Positions 20,605 to 30,285 of a stretch of DNA of 64,000 bases are shown one piece after another. The stretch is taken from the NCBI GenBank assembly GCA_963706595.1, contig OY970166.1, positions 2,208,001 to 2,272,000 of the forward strand, read 5' to 3'. Each line of letters opens with the position of its first letter. The first letter of the stretch is position 1. The notes under the pieces are model-generated. The model made no database searches. It saw nothing but the letters and a program-made list of their open reading frames with translations, and was not told the DNA's origin. This DNA is from an uncultured cyanobacterium (GTDB lineage Bacteria > Cyanobacteriota > Cyanobacteriia > Cyanobacteriales > Nostocaceae). Made by a program: the position numbers and the translations under genes.

Positions 20605-21064
20605 TAGGTTAATTAACCTCCTCCCGGAACACTTGCAAACTATCTGTAGCCATGCTCAAAGCACCTACCCAGAAGAATGCTGTGGACTAATTATCGGTTA
20701 TCTGGGTACGAAAGGCAAAACTGTCATGGAAATTATCCCCACAGAAAACGCCTGGAATACCCAATCCGGTGATTTTCCAGGAGAACACACAGTACAGACT
20801 ACCAGAAAACGATATGCGATCGCGCCCCAACTTATGTTACAGGCACAAAAAGCCGCAGGCGATCGCTCATGGAATATCATCGGTATATACCATTCCCACC
20901 CAGATAATTCCGCTACACCATCAGAATGCGATCGCCTATATGCTTGGGCAGAATACTCATATATAATAGTTGCTGTTGAAAACGGCCAAGCTACCACAGT
21001 CAAAAGTTGGATTCTTGATGATCATCACCAATTCCAACCAGAGTCAATTGAAAACATAATTTAA
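20597..21064 (+). CDS. M67/JAB (Mov34/MPN) metallopeptidase
   Basis: YPEECCG and IYHSHPD..PS..D motifs; adjacent to moeB. Confidence 0.9.
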   Translation: MNSRLINLLPEHLQTICSHAQSTYPEECCGLIIGYLGTKGKTVMEIIPTENAWNTQSGDFPGEHTVQTTRKRYAIAPQLMLQAQKAAGDRSWNIIGIYHSHPDNSATPSECDRLYAWAEYSYIIVAVENGQATTVKSWILDDHHQFQPESIENII

Positions 21065-21115
21065 AAATATCATTTTTCGATAAAATCAATATCTCGGCTG
21101 ATCTACCTAACTCCT

Positions 21116-22288
21116 ATGCTAAATCCCAACCTGGAAGAAATCCAGTTGACCAAAGACGATTACGAACGCTACTCCCGCCATTTAATCTTGCCAGAAATTG
21201 GACTAGAAGGACAAAAGCGTTTAAAAGCTGCCAGTGTATTGTGTATTGGCACTGGTGGACTAGGTTCGCCATTACTGTTATACCTTGCAGCCGCAGGTAT
21301 TGGACGCATTGGTATAGTAGATTTCGATATCGTCGATACTTCCAACCTCCAACGCCAAGTCATACACGGTACATCCTGGGTAGGTAAACCCAAAATTGAA
21401 TCCGCAAAAAACCGGATACACGAGATTAACCCCCATTGTCAGGTTGACTTATACGAAACTCGCCTCAGTGCTGAAAACGCCCTAGAGATCATTAAACCTT
21501 ATGATATCGTCGTCGATGGTACGGATAATTTCCCCACCAGATACCTTGTGAATGACGCTTGCGTATTGCTGGATAAGCCCAACGTCTACGGTTCCATTTT
21601 CCGCTTTGAAGGACAAGCCACGGTCTTTAACTACGAAGGTGGTCCCAACTATCGTGACTTATACCCAGAACCACCACCACCAGGAATGGTTCCCTCCTGT
21701 GCAGAAGGTGGCGTACTCGGTATTTTACCAGGAATGATTGGCATTATTCAGGCGACAGAAACAGTAAAAATTGTCACAGGAAAAGGTAACACCCTCAGTG
21801 GAAGATTACTATTGTACGATGCCTTAGAAATGAAATTTCGGGAATTGAAACTTCGTCCCAATCCCATTCGCCCAGTTATTGAAAAACTGATAGACTACGA
21901 ACAATTCTGCGGAATTCCCCAAGCTAAAGCAGAGGAGGCTAAACAGCAGATGGAAATGTCAGAAATGACCGTTAAGGAATTAAAAGAATTACTGGATAGC
22001 GGTGCAAAAGATTTTGTGCTATTAGATGTCCGTAACCCTCATGAATACGAAATCGCCAAAATTCCTGGTGCTGTATTGATACCCTTACCAGATATTGAAA
22101 ACGGCGACGGTGTAGCCAAAGTCAAAGAAATCCTCAATGGACATCGCTTAATTGCTCATTGTAAACTAGGCGGACGCTCCGCCAAAGCCTTGGCTATCCT
22201 CAAAGAAGCCGGAATTGAGGGAACTAATGTCAAAGGCGGAATAAACGCTTGGAGTAAAGAAGTAGATCCTTCAGTTCCAGAGTATTAA
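21116..22288 (+). CDS. moeB: Molybdopterin-synthase adenylyltransferase with C-terminal rhodanese domain
   Basis: RYSRHL, IGTGGLG, SNLQRQ, DGTDNF, rhodanese HCKLGGRS. Confidence 0.93.
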   Translation: MLNPNLEEIQLTKDDYERYSRHLILPEIGLEGQKRLKAASVLCIGTGGLGSPLLLYLAAAGIGRIGIVDFDIVDTSNLQRQVIHGTSWVGKPKIESAKNRIHEINPHCQVDLYETRLSAENALEIIKPYDIVVDGTDNFPTRYLVNDACVLLDKPNVYGSIFRFEGQATVFNYEGGPNYRDLYPEPPPPGMVPSCAEGGVLGILPGMIGIIQATETVKIVTGKGNTLSGRLLLYDALEMKFRELKLRPNPIRPVIEKLIDYEQFCGIPQAKAEEAKQQMEMSEMTVKELKELLDSGAKDFVLLDVRNPHEYEIAKIPGAVLIPLPDIENGDGVAKVKEILNGHRLIAHCKLGGRSAKALAILKEAGIEGTNVKGGINAWSKEVDPSVPEY

Positions 22289-22363
22289 AATCCTTTCGAC
22301 AGAGTAACGCAGAGATTCCACATTGATTCTCTGCGCCTCTGCGTGAGGTAAGAAAGTGATTAA

Positions 22364-23227
22364 TTAAGTACTCGGCTGTGACTGTGATTCATTCGCTGGC
22401 GCAGATTCTTTCTTCTCTGTCTGCGTCTCAGTTGACTGCTGTACTTGCTGGAAATGAATGTTATTCACCTGTTGAATAAAGTGTTCTAAAGCTTGGCTAG
22501 CTTTTTGTTGCTGTTGCACCTCGTCAGGAGTATCATAGAAACGATAAGGTTGTGTCACGCCCAAAATAAACTTTTCTTCTTCCGCTTCCAATAATTCTAC
22601 TACCGTGTTAGCCGCTACCCAATTCTTTTGAAAAGGGAACGACGTAACTATACTGGCGAGTATAGACGCAATAGCGGGACAAATAACCGGTAGCCACTTC
22701 AACCAAGTTTGTCCTGCTTCTATTTTATCTACCAGCACTAAAATAGGTGTGATTCCCGAAAAAACCACAGTGGTAATTTGCAGAACATAGTAAATCGTTC
22801 TCGACAAATCCCGAACTCGTCTATAGTCTTCAATCAAATCTTGACAGTATTGTAAAGCTTTAGCTTTAATTGGCGTAAAATTTTTGAGCTGCCAAGAGCT
22901 ATTATTCAATATATAAGTATAGATTTCGGCTTTTTTGTTAGCTTGGTACTGATTAGCAGCTTTTTGTGAGTCTTGAAATAATTGTCTATTGACGATGAAT
23001 AGTGAAAAGACAAAACAGAGTGCTATCACACCATAAAGAGCAAACTTTTGATTTTCGGAAAAACTAATCACAAGAATACTCAATAATAGTAAAGATGCGA
23101 TCAGCAATTTATCAATTATTTTCAGAGTTAAAAATCTTTTCTCCTCTGGCGAAACTGATGCATTACCTGTACTTTCCCCATTGGGATTTTGTATTAAATT
23201 CTCAATTATCAAATCTGGTGTAGTCAT
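22364..23227 (-). CDS. DUF4231 (SLATT-like) membrane protein
   Basis: Two N-terminal TMs plus a two-TM SLATT-like unit followed by FQKNW..ELLEAEEEKF. Confidence 0.7.
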   Translation of the reverse strand: MTTPDLIIENLIQNPNGESTGNASVSPEEKRFLTLKIIDKLLIASLLLLSILVISFSENQKFALYGVIALCFVFSLFIVNRQLFQDSQKAANQYQANKKAEIYTYILNNSSWQLKNFTPIKAKALQYCQDLIEDYRRVRDLSRTIYYVLQITTVVFSGITPILVLVDKIEAGQTWLKWLPVICPAIASILASIVTSFPFQKNWVAANTVVELLEAEEEKFILGVTQPYRFYDTPDEVQQQQKASQALEHFIQQVNNIHFQQVQQSTETQTEKKESAPANESQSQPST

Positions 23228-23541
23228 TGCTTGGTGTCTCTAGTGATTTTTTAGGGTAAAATTAACAACCAAAAATTTAGTTTCTGAATTGTTAATAGTT
23301 TTAGATATCCAATGCTTACGGATGTTTGCAGTTTTTCCCAACTCTTGTGAATCAAACCTGATCTGGAATTTCCTCTGGATCAGGATGTGTGTACACGTAG
23401 CCCTAGAAGGTGAGGAAAATATCTGTGTACATCTGTTGTGATGTTTAAATCAAAACACACTAGAGTATAATCGAACAATCAAGTTGCTGCAATCTAAATT
23501 TTCGATAATTAAGCTTTTTTTAAGGAATTAGCCCAAATTTA

Positions 23542-23578
23542 AAACATCCCCGATGAATGGAATTGTTTGGGGATGTTT
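23542..23578. terminator. Probable intrinsic terminator hairpin after the ABC ATPase gene
   Basis: AAACATCCCC..GGGGATGTTT inverted repeat. Confidence 0.55.
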
Positions 23579-23593
23579 GTCTTCGTAACTTAA

Positions 23594-24322
23594 TTAGTGC
23601 TTTTTACCAGCGCCCAAATAGAGTTCACCGACTTTGGGATCGTGTAATAATTCTTGACCAGGACCAGAGATAGCATCGCGTCCAGATTCGAGTACATAAC
23701 CACGGTCAGCCATTTCTAAGGCTTTGCGGGCGTTTTGTTCGACTAAGACAATGGCTGTACCTGTTTGATTAATTTGTTTAATTTGCTCAAATACTTGCGT
23801 TACTAGAATGGGGGATAATGCCGCAGAAGGTTCATCTAATAGCAGTAAACTAGGTTCCAACATCAAGGCTTTGCCCATAGCCAACATTTGACGTTCTCCT
23901 CCTGAGAGTGTACCAGCACGTTGACGACGGCGATCGCTTAGTCTAGGAAACATGGTAAAAATTTTATCTTTCAGGGGTTTCAGGGGAATATCACGGACAA
24001 AAGCCCCCATTTCTAGATTTTCCTCAACACTCAGGGAAGCAAAAACATTAGTTAGCTGTGGTACATAGGACATTCCCTTCCTGACAATTTGATTAGACTT
24101 TAACCCAGCAATATTTTCATCTTTAAAGGTAATAGTGCCTGTGTGAGGAGTTAAAAGCCCAAAAATAGTTTTAGCTAGGGTGGATTTACCCGCACCGTTG
24201 GGACCAATTACTGTTACCAATTCACCGGGTTTCACACAAAAATTTACCCCTTTGAGGATATCTATATCTTTGCTGTATCCGGCATGGACATCTTTAACTT
24301 CTAGTAAATAATCATTAGTCAT
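23594..24322 (-). CDS. natE: Branched-chain/neutral amino acid ABC ATP-binding protein (LivF/NatE type)
   Basis: GPNGAGKST, AGTLSGGERQMLAMGKALM, LLDEPS, LVEQNA; start ATG 24322. Confidence 0.8.
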   Translation of the reverse strand: MTNDYLLEVKDVHAGYSKDIDILKGVNFCVKPGELVTVIGPNGAGKSTLAKTIFGLLTPHTGTITFKDENIAGLKSNQIVRKGMSYVPQLTNVFASLSVEENLEMGAFVRDIPLKPLKDKIFTMFPRLSDRRRQRAGTLSGGERQMLAMGKALMLEPSLLLLDEPSAALSPILVTQVFEQIKQINQTGTAIVLVEQNARKALEMADRGYVLESGRDAISGPGQELLHDPKVGELYLGAGKKH

Positions 24323-24530
24323 TAGTCGAGAGCATCCGAATTTCTTAAAAATATAGAAGACCCATGCAAAAAACCTATTAAACCCTCTTTCCTTGGCGTT
24401 CTTTGCGTCTTGGCGGTTCGTTTTTGCCAAAATCCCATAAATAAATTAAACTTAAACATTTGGGATGCTCCGCATGAGACATTAGTCAACAGCCAAGTTA
24501 ACAATAACTATAGACTGTTGACAGACAATT

Positions 24531-24755
24531 TTAAGGTGTTTTTTGCAAATCAGGACGTTCTTCGGGAAGGATTGCATCTGCTACCGGGCAAACTTGGATA
24601 CATATACCACAATCGATACAAGTGGCAAAATCAATCCAATACCAATCGGTTCCCTTGACATTTTTCCCAGGACCTTCATGAATACAAGCTACTGGACAAG
24701 CATCTACGCAGTCAGCAACGCCTTCACAAACATTAGTAACAATCGTGTGCGGCAT
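24531..24755 (-). CDS. Bacterial-type (7Fe) ferredoxin
   Basis: CEGVADCVDACP and CIDCGICIQVCP. Confidence 0.92.
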   Translation of the reverse strand: MPHTIVTNVCEGVADCVDACPVACIHEGPGKNVKGTDWYWIDFATCIDCGICIQVCPVADAILPEERPDLQKTP

Positions 24756-24796
24756 TTTTTCGATTCCCTCTCTTTCGGATCAGCTATATCTAGCCT

Positions 24797-24988
24797 AGCA
24801 GGGGAAGAAGCCGGGGGGCAGGGCGCAGGGCGCAGGGGAGAAGAGGCAGGGGGGCAGGGAGCAGGGGGCAGGGGAGAACAAGAATTTCCTACTCCCTACT
24901 CCCTACTCCCCACTCCCCATTCCCTACTCCCCACTCCCCACTCCCCATTCCCCACTCCCCATTCCCCACTCCCCACTCCCCACTCCCT
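24797..24988. repeat. STRR tracts (GGGRGCA)n and (ACTCCCC/ACTCCCT)n
   Basis: Tandem heptamers between the ferredoxin gene and hisZ. Confidence 0.9.
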
Positions 24989-24990
24989 AA

Positions 24991-26202
24991 TTAACGCAAT
25001 GATTCATTCACAATTGAACCATCAGATTTAATCCAAGCAATTTCGGCAATGCCGCGATCGCTTGCGTATTTTCTCGTAGCTTCCACATCTCTGCCACCTA
25101 AGTCCATTTCTACTCGTACCAAATCTGTAGAATCACGCAATTTTTGCGCGTGGGCAAAGGCCGCAGCTTCCATATTTGCTGTTTGGGCTACTACTAACCA
25201 GTTACTAGCAGGAGTTGATTGCGGTAATTGCTGAGTAGATAGAATAACTTGAGATAAATCTTCGATATTCAGGACAAAACCAATACCGGGAATATCTTCG
25301 CCTTGGGGATGATATAGTCCTAAAAGCTGGTCGTAGCGACCACCACGCCCTAAAACTCTGGCTTGTGAATCCGTATGGCTGACGATTTCAAAGACTATGC
25401 CAGTATAGTAGTCTATGGTTTGAATTAAGCTCAGGTCAAGAATTAAAGGAAAGTCCCCTTCTGATTGTAATAACTCTACCACAGATCTGAGGTTATTGAC
25501 AATCTCTTGTTGCTCTGGATCTAAACCGAGACTACTGACTTTTTGCAAGACATCGGCACTGTCACCACGCAAATCCATCATAATGATGGCGCGATCGCGT
25601 AGTTTATCGCTTAAAGGTAAATTATCGATGGCTATGCGGTCAAGATGAGCGATCGCACTGCGAACTGTAGCTTGGATATTCGCCGGAAAAGCATCCAGGA
25701 GCGATCGCGTAATTCCCGCTTCGCCCAAAATCAAATGCCAATCCTGCAAACCCAGTGCAGCCAGACAATTTTTCGCTAATAGCAGCACTTCGGCATTTGC
25801 CAACAATCCGCCCACACCTAACAACTCAACCCCAGACTGATAAAACTCTTGCTGGCGATTGTGCCTGTTTTCCCAGGTACGGCGAAAGACATTGGCATTG
25901 TAGTAGAGCCGTTGCGGATAAGAAACATCTGTCATCCGCGTAGCCACTGCACGAGCAATAGAAGCTGTCAATTCGGGACGCAATCCTAATTCTTCATCTT
26001 CACCATTTTGCAGCTGAATCACCATCTGGCGATCAATTGCTTCTCCCGCCATCAGAGTATCCATCCGTTCCAACGTGGAAGTGATAATCTGGTGATATCC
26101 CCAACGATGAAACACTTGCTGTAACCGATCTTCAATCCAGCGTTTTTGAGCCACATCTAAAGGCAATAAATCCCTGGCTCCCGCTGCTGGTTGATACACC
26201 AT
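24991..26202 (-). CDS. hisZ: ATP phosphoribosyltransferase regulatory subunit
   Basis: GARDLLP, LRPELTASIAR, QEFYQSGVEL, YYTGIVF, GGRYD. Confidence 0.93.
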   Translation of the reverse strand: MVYQPAAGARDLLPLDVAQKRWIEDRLQQVFHRWGYHQIITSTLERMDTLMAGEAIDRQMVIQLQNGEDEELGLRPELTASIARAVATRMTDVSYPQRLYYNANVFRRTWENRHNRQQEFYQSGVELLGVGGLLANAEVLLLAKNCLAALGLQDWHLILGEAGITRSLLDAFPANIQATVRSAIAHLDRIAIDNLPLSDKLRDRAIIMMDLRGDSADVLQKVSSLGLDPEQQEIVNNLRSVVELLQSEGDFPLILDLSLIQTIDYYTGIVFEIVSHTDSQARVLGRGGRYDQLLGLYHPQGEDIPGIGFVLNIEDLSQVILSTQQLPQSTPASNWLVVAQTANMEAAAFAHAQKLRDSTDLVRVEMDLGGRDVEATRKYASDRGIAEIAWIKSDGSIVNESLR

Positions 26203-27152
26203 TATTTTTTATTCCCACCAAAGAAACCACCAAACAAACCCCCACCTCCTGACTTATCTGGTTGATTAGCGCCATCATGAGGAGGTGAGGTTACTTTTGA
26301 GCCACTCGATTGTGTCCCTAAAACCTTTTCTATTTTAGGTTTCCATGACAATGCTATTGCATTTGTGGGATCTAATTTCAAAGCATTATCAAAATGAATT
26401 TTGGCCATCTTCACCTGATTTTGCTTCAAATATACCAAGGCAATCAAACTATGACAGTGACTATTTTTAGGTTCGAGCTTCAGAGCCTCCTGTAACTCCA
26501 CCTTGGCTGGACTAAATTGCTGTTTGTTCATTAAACCTTCAGCCCGGCGGATATACTGCTCTACAGGGGAATCCTCTTTGACTGCTGGGGGTGGCGGTGG
26601 CGGTGCTGTCTTGAGCTTTGCCGTAGCTGAATTACTTTGAGATTTAGCCGATGACAGTGGCGAGGTGAAAGCGTTGGCAGCACTCCGCATCAGGTAAACT
26701 AAATTTAACTCACTGATTTGAGATATCGTCTCAATTGATTGCTGTAACGAGTCATATTGAATAGCCGCAATTTGAGCGATCGCAGTTTTGTAAGAATAAT
26801 CAATATTAGGGGCATTAACTAGTTGTTTCGCCAAGTCGCTACTTAATTCTACTGAAGTAGATTCTTGTACTAGGCGCTTGCCTATTTGAGACAAAACTAT
26901 AATGTATTCTGTGCGACTACGTTCTTTAGAAAGATTTTCATAAGCTGGGTTCACCAACTTTGATAACAATTCATTAGCTAGCTGTTTTTCCTGAGCAGAG
27001 ATCACCACGCTGCTATCCGGGTGCAAACGGCGAGCAATTTGCAGATAACGTTTACGTATGTCCTTCACATCCGCATCAACCGGAACACACAAAATTGCGT
27101 GATGGTCTATCAAATCATATTTAAACAATCCCTGATCTATTTTTAAAGACAT
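26202..27152 (-). CDS. J-domain plus TPR protein
   Basis: IRKRYLQIARRLHPD J-domain, Pro-rich linker, C-terminal TPRs. Confidence 0.88.
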   Translation of the reverse strand: MSLKIDQGLFKYDLIDHHAILCVPVDADVKDIRKRYLQIARRLHPDSSVVISAQEKQLANELLSKLVNPAYENLSKERSRTEYIIVLSQIGKRLVQESTSVELSSDLAKQLVNAPNIDYSYKTAIAQIAAIQYDSLQQSIETISQISELNLVYLMRSAANAFTSPLSSAKSQSNSATAKLKTAPPPPPPAVKEDSPVEQYIRRAEGLMNKQQFSPAKVELQEALKLEPKNSHCHSLIALVYLKQNQVKMAKIHFDNALKLDPTNAIALSWKPKIEKVLGTQSSGSKVTSPPHDGANQPDKSGGGGLFGGFFGGNKK

Positions 27153-27242
27153 AGAGCGGTTCTGCACCAAAAGAGCTTGAGCTTTTCTCTATTTTACCCG
27201 TAATTTGTCAGTAGTAGATGTGATCAGTTTTCCTGACATCCT

Positions 27243-28055
27243 TCACTTCCAGCTTGACAAAGGCGGAACTTCTACCAACTCATGACTCAGCTTGTGGTGA
27301 ATCTTACCATTAGTAGCCAAAATTCTACCTGATTCAATTTTGAAAGGAGTACCATCATAAGCAGTAACTTCACCCCCAGCTTCTCGCAATAAAACTATCC
27401 CTGCGACCACATCCCAAGGCGAAATTCCCCGTTCCCAGTAACCATCAACACGCCCACAAGCAACATAAGCCAAATCTAGGGCGGCGGAACCGCTACGCCT
27501 CACACCTTGGGTGAGATGAGTCAAGTGACAAAATTCGGCATAGTTATTATCCGATGTTTCCCGGCGGTCATAAGCAAATCCCGTTACCAAGAGGCTTTTA
27601 CCCAGTTCAGATGTTTCTGAAACCTTGATAGAATGACGGTTGCGCGTCGCGCCTAAGCCAGTAGCCGCCCGAAATAGCTCATCATGAAAAGGGTCATAAA
27701 TTACCCCAACTTGTGGCACACCATCAACTAATAGCCCAATAGAAACAGCAAAAGCCGAGTATTGGTGAGCGTAGTTAGTTGTACCATCTAAGGGGTCAAT
27801 TGCCCAGAGATACTGATGATCTTGATTTCCCAACTTGCCTGATTCTTCAGCCAGGATAGAATGTTCGGGAAAGTGGCGACGCAAAATTTCCAAAATCACC
27901 GCTTCCGAAGCTTTATCCGCCACAGTGACTAAATCACCAGGACGACCCTTTTCAGTAATAGCATCTTCTAACTTACCCAAATACCCTTGCAAAACCGCAC
28001 CCGCAGCCATAGCCGCCTCTGTCGCAATATCGAGAAAAATTTGTAAATTAGTCAT
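27243..28055 (-). CDS. suhB: Inositol monophosphatase
   Basis: LAEE, WAIDPLDGTTN, RRSGSAALD, PWDVVAG. Confidence 0.92.
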   Translation of the reverse strand: MTNLQIFLDIATEAAMAAGAVLQGYLGKLEDAITEKGRPGDLVTVADKASEAVILEILRRHFPEHSILAEESGKLGNQDHQYLWAIDPLDGTTNYAHQYSAFAVSIGLLVDGVPQVGVIYDPFHDELFRAATGLGATRNRHSIKVSETSELGKSLLVTGFAYDRRETSDNNYAEFCHLTHLTQGVRRSGSAALDLAYVACGRVDGYWERGISPWDVVAGIVLLREAGGEVTAYDGTPFKIESGRILATNGKIHHKLSHELVEVPPLSSWK

Positions 28056-28177
28056 TAGTCATTAGTCATTGGTCATTTGTCATTTGTCATTAGGAAATTA
28101 CCGTCTTCTGCCCCCTGCCCCCTGCCCCCTGCCCCCCTGCCTCTTCTCCCTACTCCCCACTCCCCATTCCCATTCCC
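28048..28177. repeat. STRR tracts (TTAGTCA/TTGGTCA)n, (CCCCTGC)n, (ACTCCCC)n
   Basis: Tandem heptamers in the suhB-nuclease intergenic region. Confidence 0.85.
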
Positions 28178-28785
28178 TAAAGATTTTGGCGACGAAATTC
28201 AGCAGGAGAGACACCCATCGGTTTTTCTGGGTTCCAGATGCCTTTTCCCATGAGTCTAGCCCATTGTTGGGCGCGTTCCAAGCGCTGGTCATATTTGTGA
28301 TTAGGCGATCGCCCCACAAAGATCGCATATCCTTGTTTAAGGATTTCTTCATTCAATAACTGCTGATCTTTCCACACATAAGCCAAAGTCCGACCAATTT
28401 TATCTTTGTTTGACACATCAAATTCCATAATTACGGTTTTTTCTTGATCACCAATCAACTTGGCTAAAACTTCTCTAGACTCATCTCCCCAAGGACGCTG
28501 ACCAAAATCTGGTGCATCAAGACCAACTAACCGGACGCGAGAAATCAAATTTGGTTGTTCAGCCATACCCAAAACTTCCAAACTTTGCCCACTGACTACC
28601 CGCGCCACCTTCACCTCAACCTGATTGCTTGCAGTCTGATTATTAGCTTGACAACTCACCAGCAACAACAAGCAACCCAAAAGGACAATTTTCCTCACTA
28701 AGACATCAAAACAACCCTTTGCGTCTACTCTGCGAGATCGCGGAGCGCGATTGCGCCTTTGCGTGAACAAAATCTTAATCCTCAT
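28177..28785 (-). CDS. Thermonuclease (SNase-like) lipoprotein
   Basis: Lipobox LVSC, VRLVGLDAP, DKIGRTLAYVW, GKGIW; true start uncertain. Confidence 0.88.
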   Translation of the reverse strand: MRIKILFTQRRNRAPRSRRVDAKGCFDVLVRKIVLLGCLLLLVSCQANNQTASNQVEVKVARVVSGQSLEVLGMAEQPNLISRVRLVGLDAPDFGQRPWGDESREVLAKLIGDQEKTVIMEFDVSNKDKIGRTLAYVWKDQQLLNEEILKQGYAIFVGRSPNHKYDQRLERAQQWARLMGKGIWNPEKPMGVSPAEFRRQNL

Positions 28786-29143
28786 CTAACGGTAAACCCG
28801 CCTTCACCTTACCCCTGGCAAAATAGCGCCCAAACTGCAACTCATAAACCTCATCCTCATCTTGAGTTTCCACCTCCAAATCAGAACGAGCGTAACTCAC
28901 ACATAACAAAGCGTAACCTTGGCGGCGTAACGCAGGCGATAACCCAATCGCCTCCGGTTGGTAAATTTCTCCAGATATCACCCGCACAGCACAAGTCGTA
29001 CAAGCCCCATTCCGGCAAGAAAACGGCAGTTCTTCCCCTTGGTGTTCAATGCTGTGGAGAATGTAGCGGTCATCTGGAACTTGGAGACTGTATTCTTCGC
29101 CTGTAGCGCGATCGCGGACTTTAATCGTATATTTCTGAGACAT
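28775..29143 (-). CDS. 2Fe-2S ferredoxin with C-terminal extension (Fed2/FdC2-like)
   Basis: SCRNGACTTC..LLCV and DEDEVYELQFGRYF tail. Confidence 0.88.
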   Translation of the reverse strand: MSQKYTIKVRDRATGEEYSLQVPDDRYILHSIEHQGEELPFSCRNGACTTCAVRVISGEIYQPEAIGLSPALRRQGYALLCVSYARSDLEVETQDEDEVYELQFGRYFARGKVKAGLPLDED

Positions 29144-29248
29144 CTTGATTTAGATTGAGAATGTGAGCTTTCAGCTTTAATTTAATCAGATTAATTATAT
29201 AGTTGCATTTTCTAAGATTTCATAGTATGCTTATAAATCGTTGCCCCT

Positions 29249-29335
29249 GGAGAGGTGGCCGAGTGGTTGAAGGCGCAGACCTGGAAAGTCTGTTATGCGG
29301 GAACGTATACGAGGGTTCGAATCCCTCCCTCTCCG
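29249..29335 (+). tRNA. trnS: tRNA-Ser(GGA)
   Basis: GGAGAGG/CCTCTCC acceptor stem, CAGAC-CTGGAAA-GTCTG anticodon arm, long variable arm, GGTTCGAATCC. Confidence 0.95.
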
Positions 29336-29451
29336 TTTTAACAGTTATCAGTGAACAGTTATCAGTTATCAAAGATAATTGTCTTGAAGTCCCAATAGTG
29401 GTTTTCTTCAACCTTGATAACTGTTTACTGACCACTGTACACTGATTTAAA

Positions 29452-30228
29452 ATGCCCCTAGAACTGCAAAATCTCACTGGTGGTTATACCGCATTACCCA
29501 TTATCCAAGACATTAACCTATCCCTACAAACAGGAGAATGGTTAAGTTTAGTTGGTGCTAATGGTTCTGGTAAATCTACAGTCCTGAAATTACTCAGTCG
29601 GATTCTTTCCCCACAGCAAGGCACAGTATTACTTGATGGTAAAGCCATTCATTCTCAGCCTCCTCATATAGTGGCACAGAAATTGGCATTGTTACCGCAA
29701 CAACAAACAGTTCCTGTGGGCTTAACAGTGCGCCAATTAGTCAGTTTAGGACGCACCCCCCATCAACCTTGGTGGCAATGGGAATTAAACATTGAAGACC
29801 GGAAAAAAGTTGAAGCCGCAATTCAAGAAACGCAACTAGAAAAATTAAGCGATCGCCTCGTCGAACAACTTTCTGGTGGTGAAAGACAACGGGCTTTTTT
29901 AGCCTTAGCACTAGCCCAAGAACCCAAAGTATTACTATTAGATGAACCCACTACTTATTTAGACATCAACTATCAATTACAACTCTTAGAACTGCTGAAA
30001 AATCTCAACCAGCAGCAGAATTTAACCATTGTCACAGTTTTACACGAATTAAATTTAGCCGCCCGTTATAGTTCCCGCATCGCCTTATTAAAACAAGGTC
30101 GTTTATGGGAAGTTGGTACACCCGAAGCCGTTCTCACACCCAACTTCATCGCCCAAGTTTTTGGTGTAGAATCCGTGATTATTCACACCCCTGTTGGTTT
30201 ACAAGTTTGTGCAATTTCTGCTGTTTAA
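29452..30228 (+). CDS. Iron-siderophore/cobalamin ABC ATP-binding protein (FecE/FhuC-like)
   Basis: GANGSGKST, LSGGERQR, LLDEPTTYLD, VLHELNLA. Confidence 0.9.
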   Translation: MPLELQNLTGGYTALPIIQDINLSLQTGEWLSLVGANGSGKSTVLKLLSRILSPQQGTVLLDGKAIHSQPPHIVAQKLALLPQQQTVPVGLTVRQLVSLGRTPHQPWWQWELNIEDRKKVEAAIQETQLEKLSDRLVEQLSGGERQRAFLALALAQEPKVLLLDEPTTYLDINYQLQLLELLKNLNQQQNLTIVTVLHELNLAARYSSRIALLKQGRLWEVGTPEAVLTPNFIAQVFGVESVIIHTPVGLQVCAISAV

Positions 30229-30285
30229 ATATTTGTTTAATTTAAAAAAAATATATATTATTTCAAAGCCCCTCCTCGCTGGCGG

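Noticed and set aside
24543..25031. 162-aa ORF with PTPHS repeats (also ORFs 28069..28359 and 28098..28352)
   Set aside because: Translation of STRR tracts and antisense or overlap of real genes
29203..29477. ORFs overlapping tRNA-Ser
   Set aside because: Shadow ORFs of the tRNA and STRR sequence
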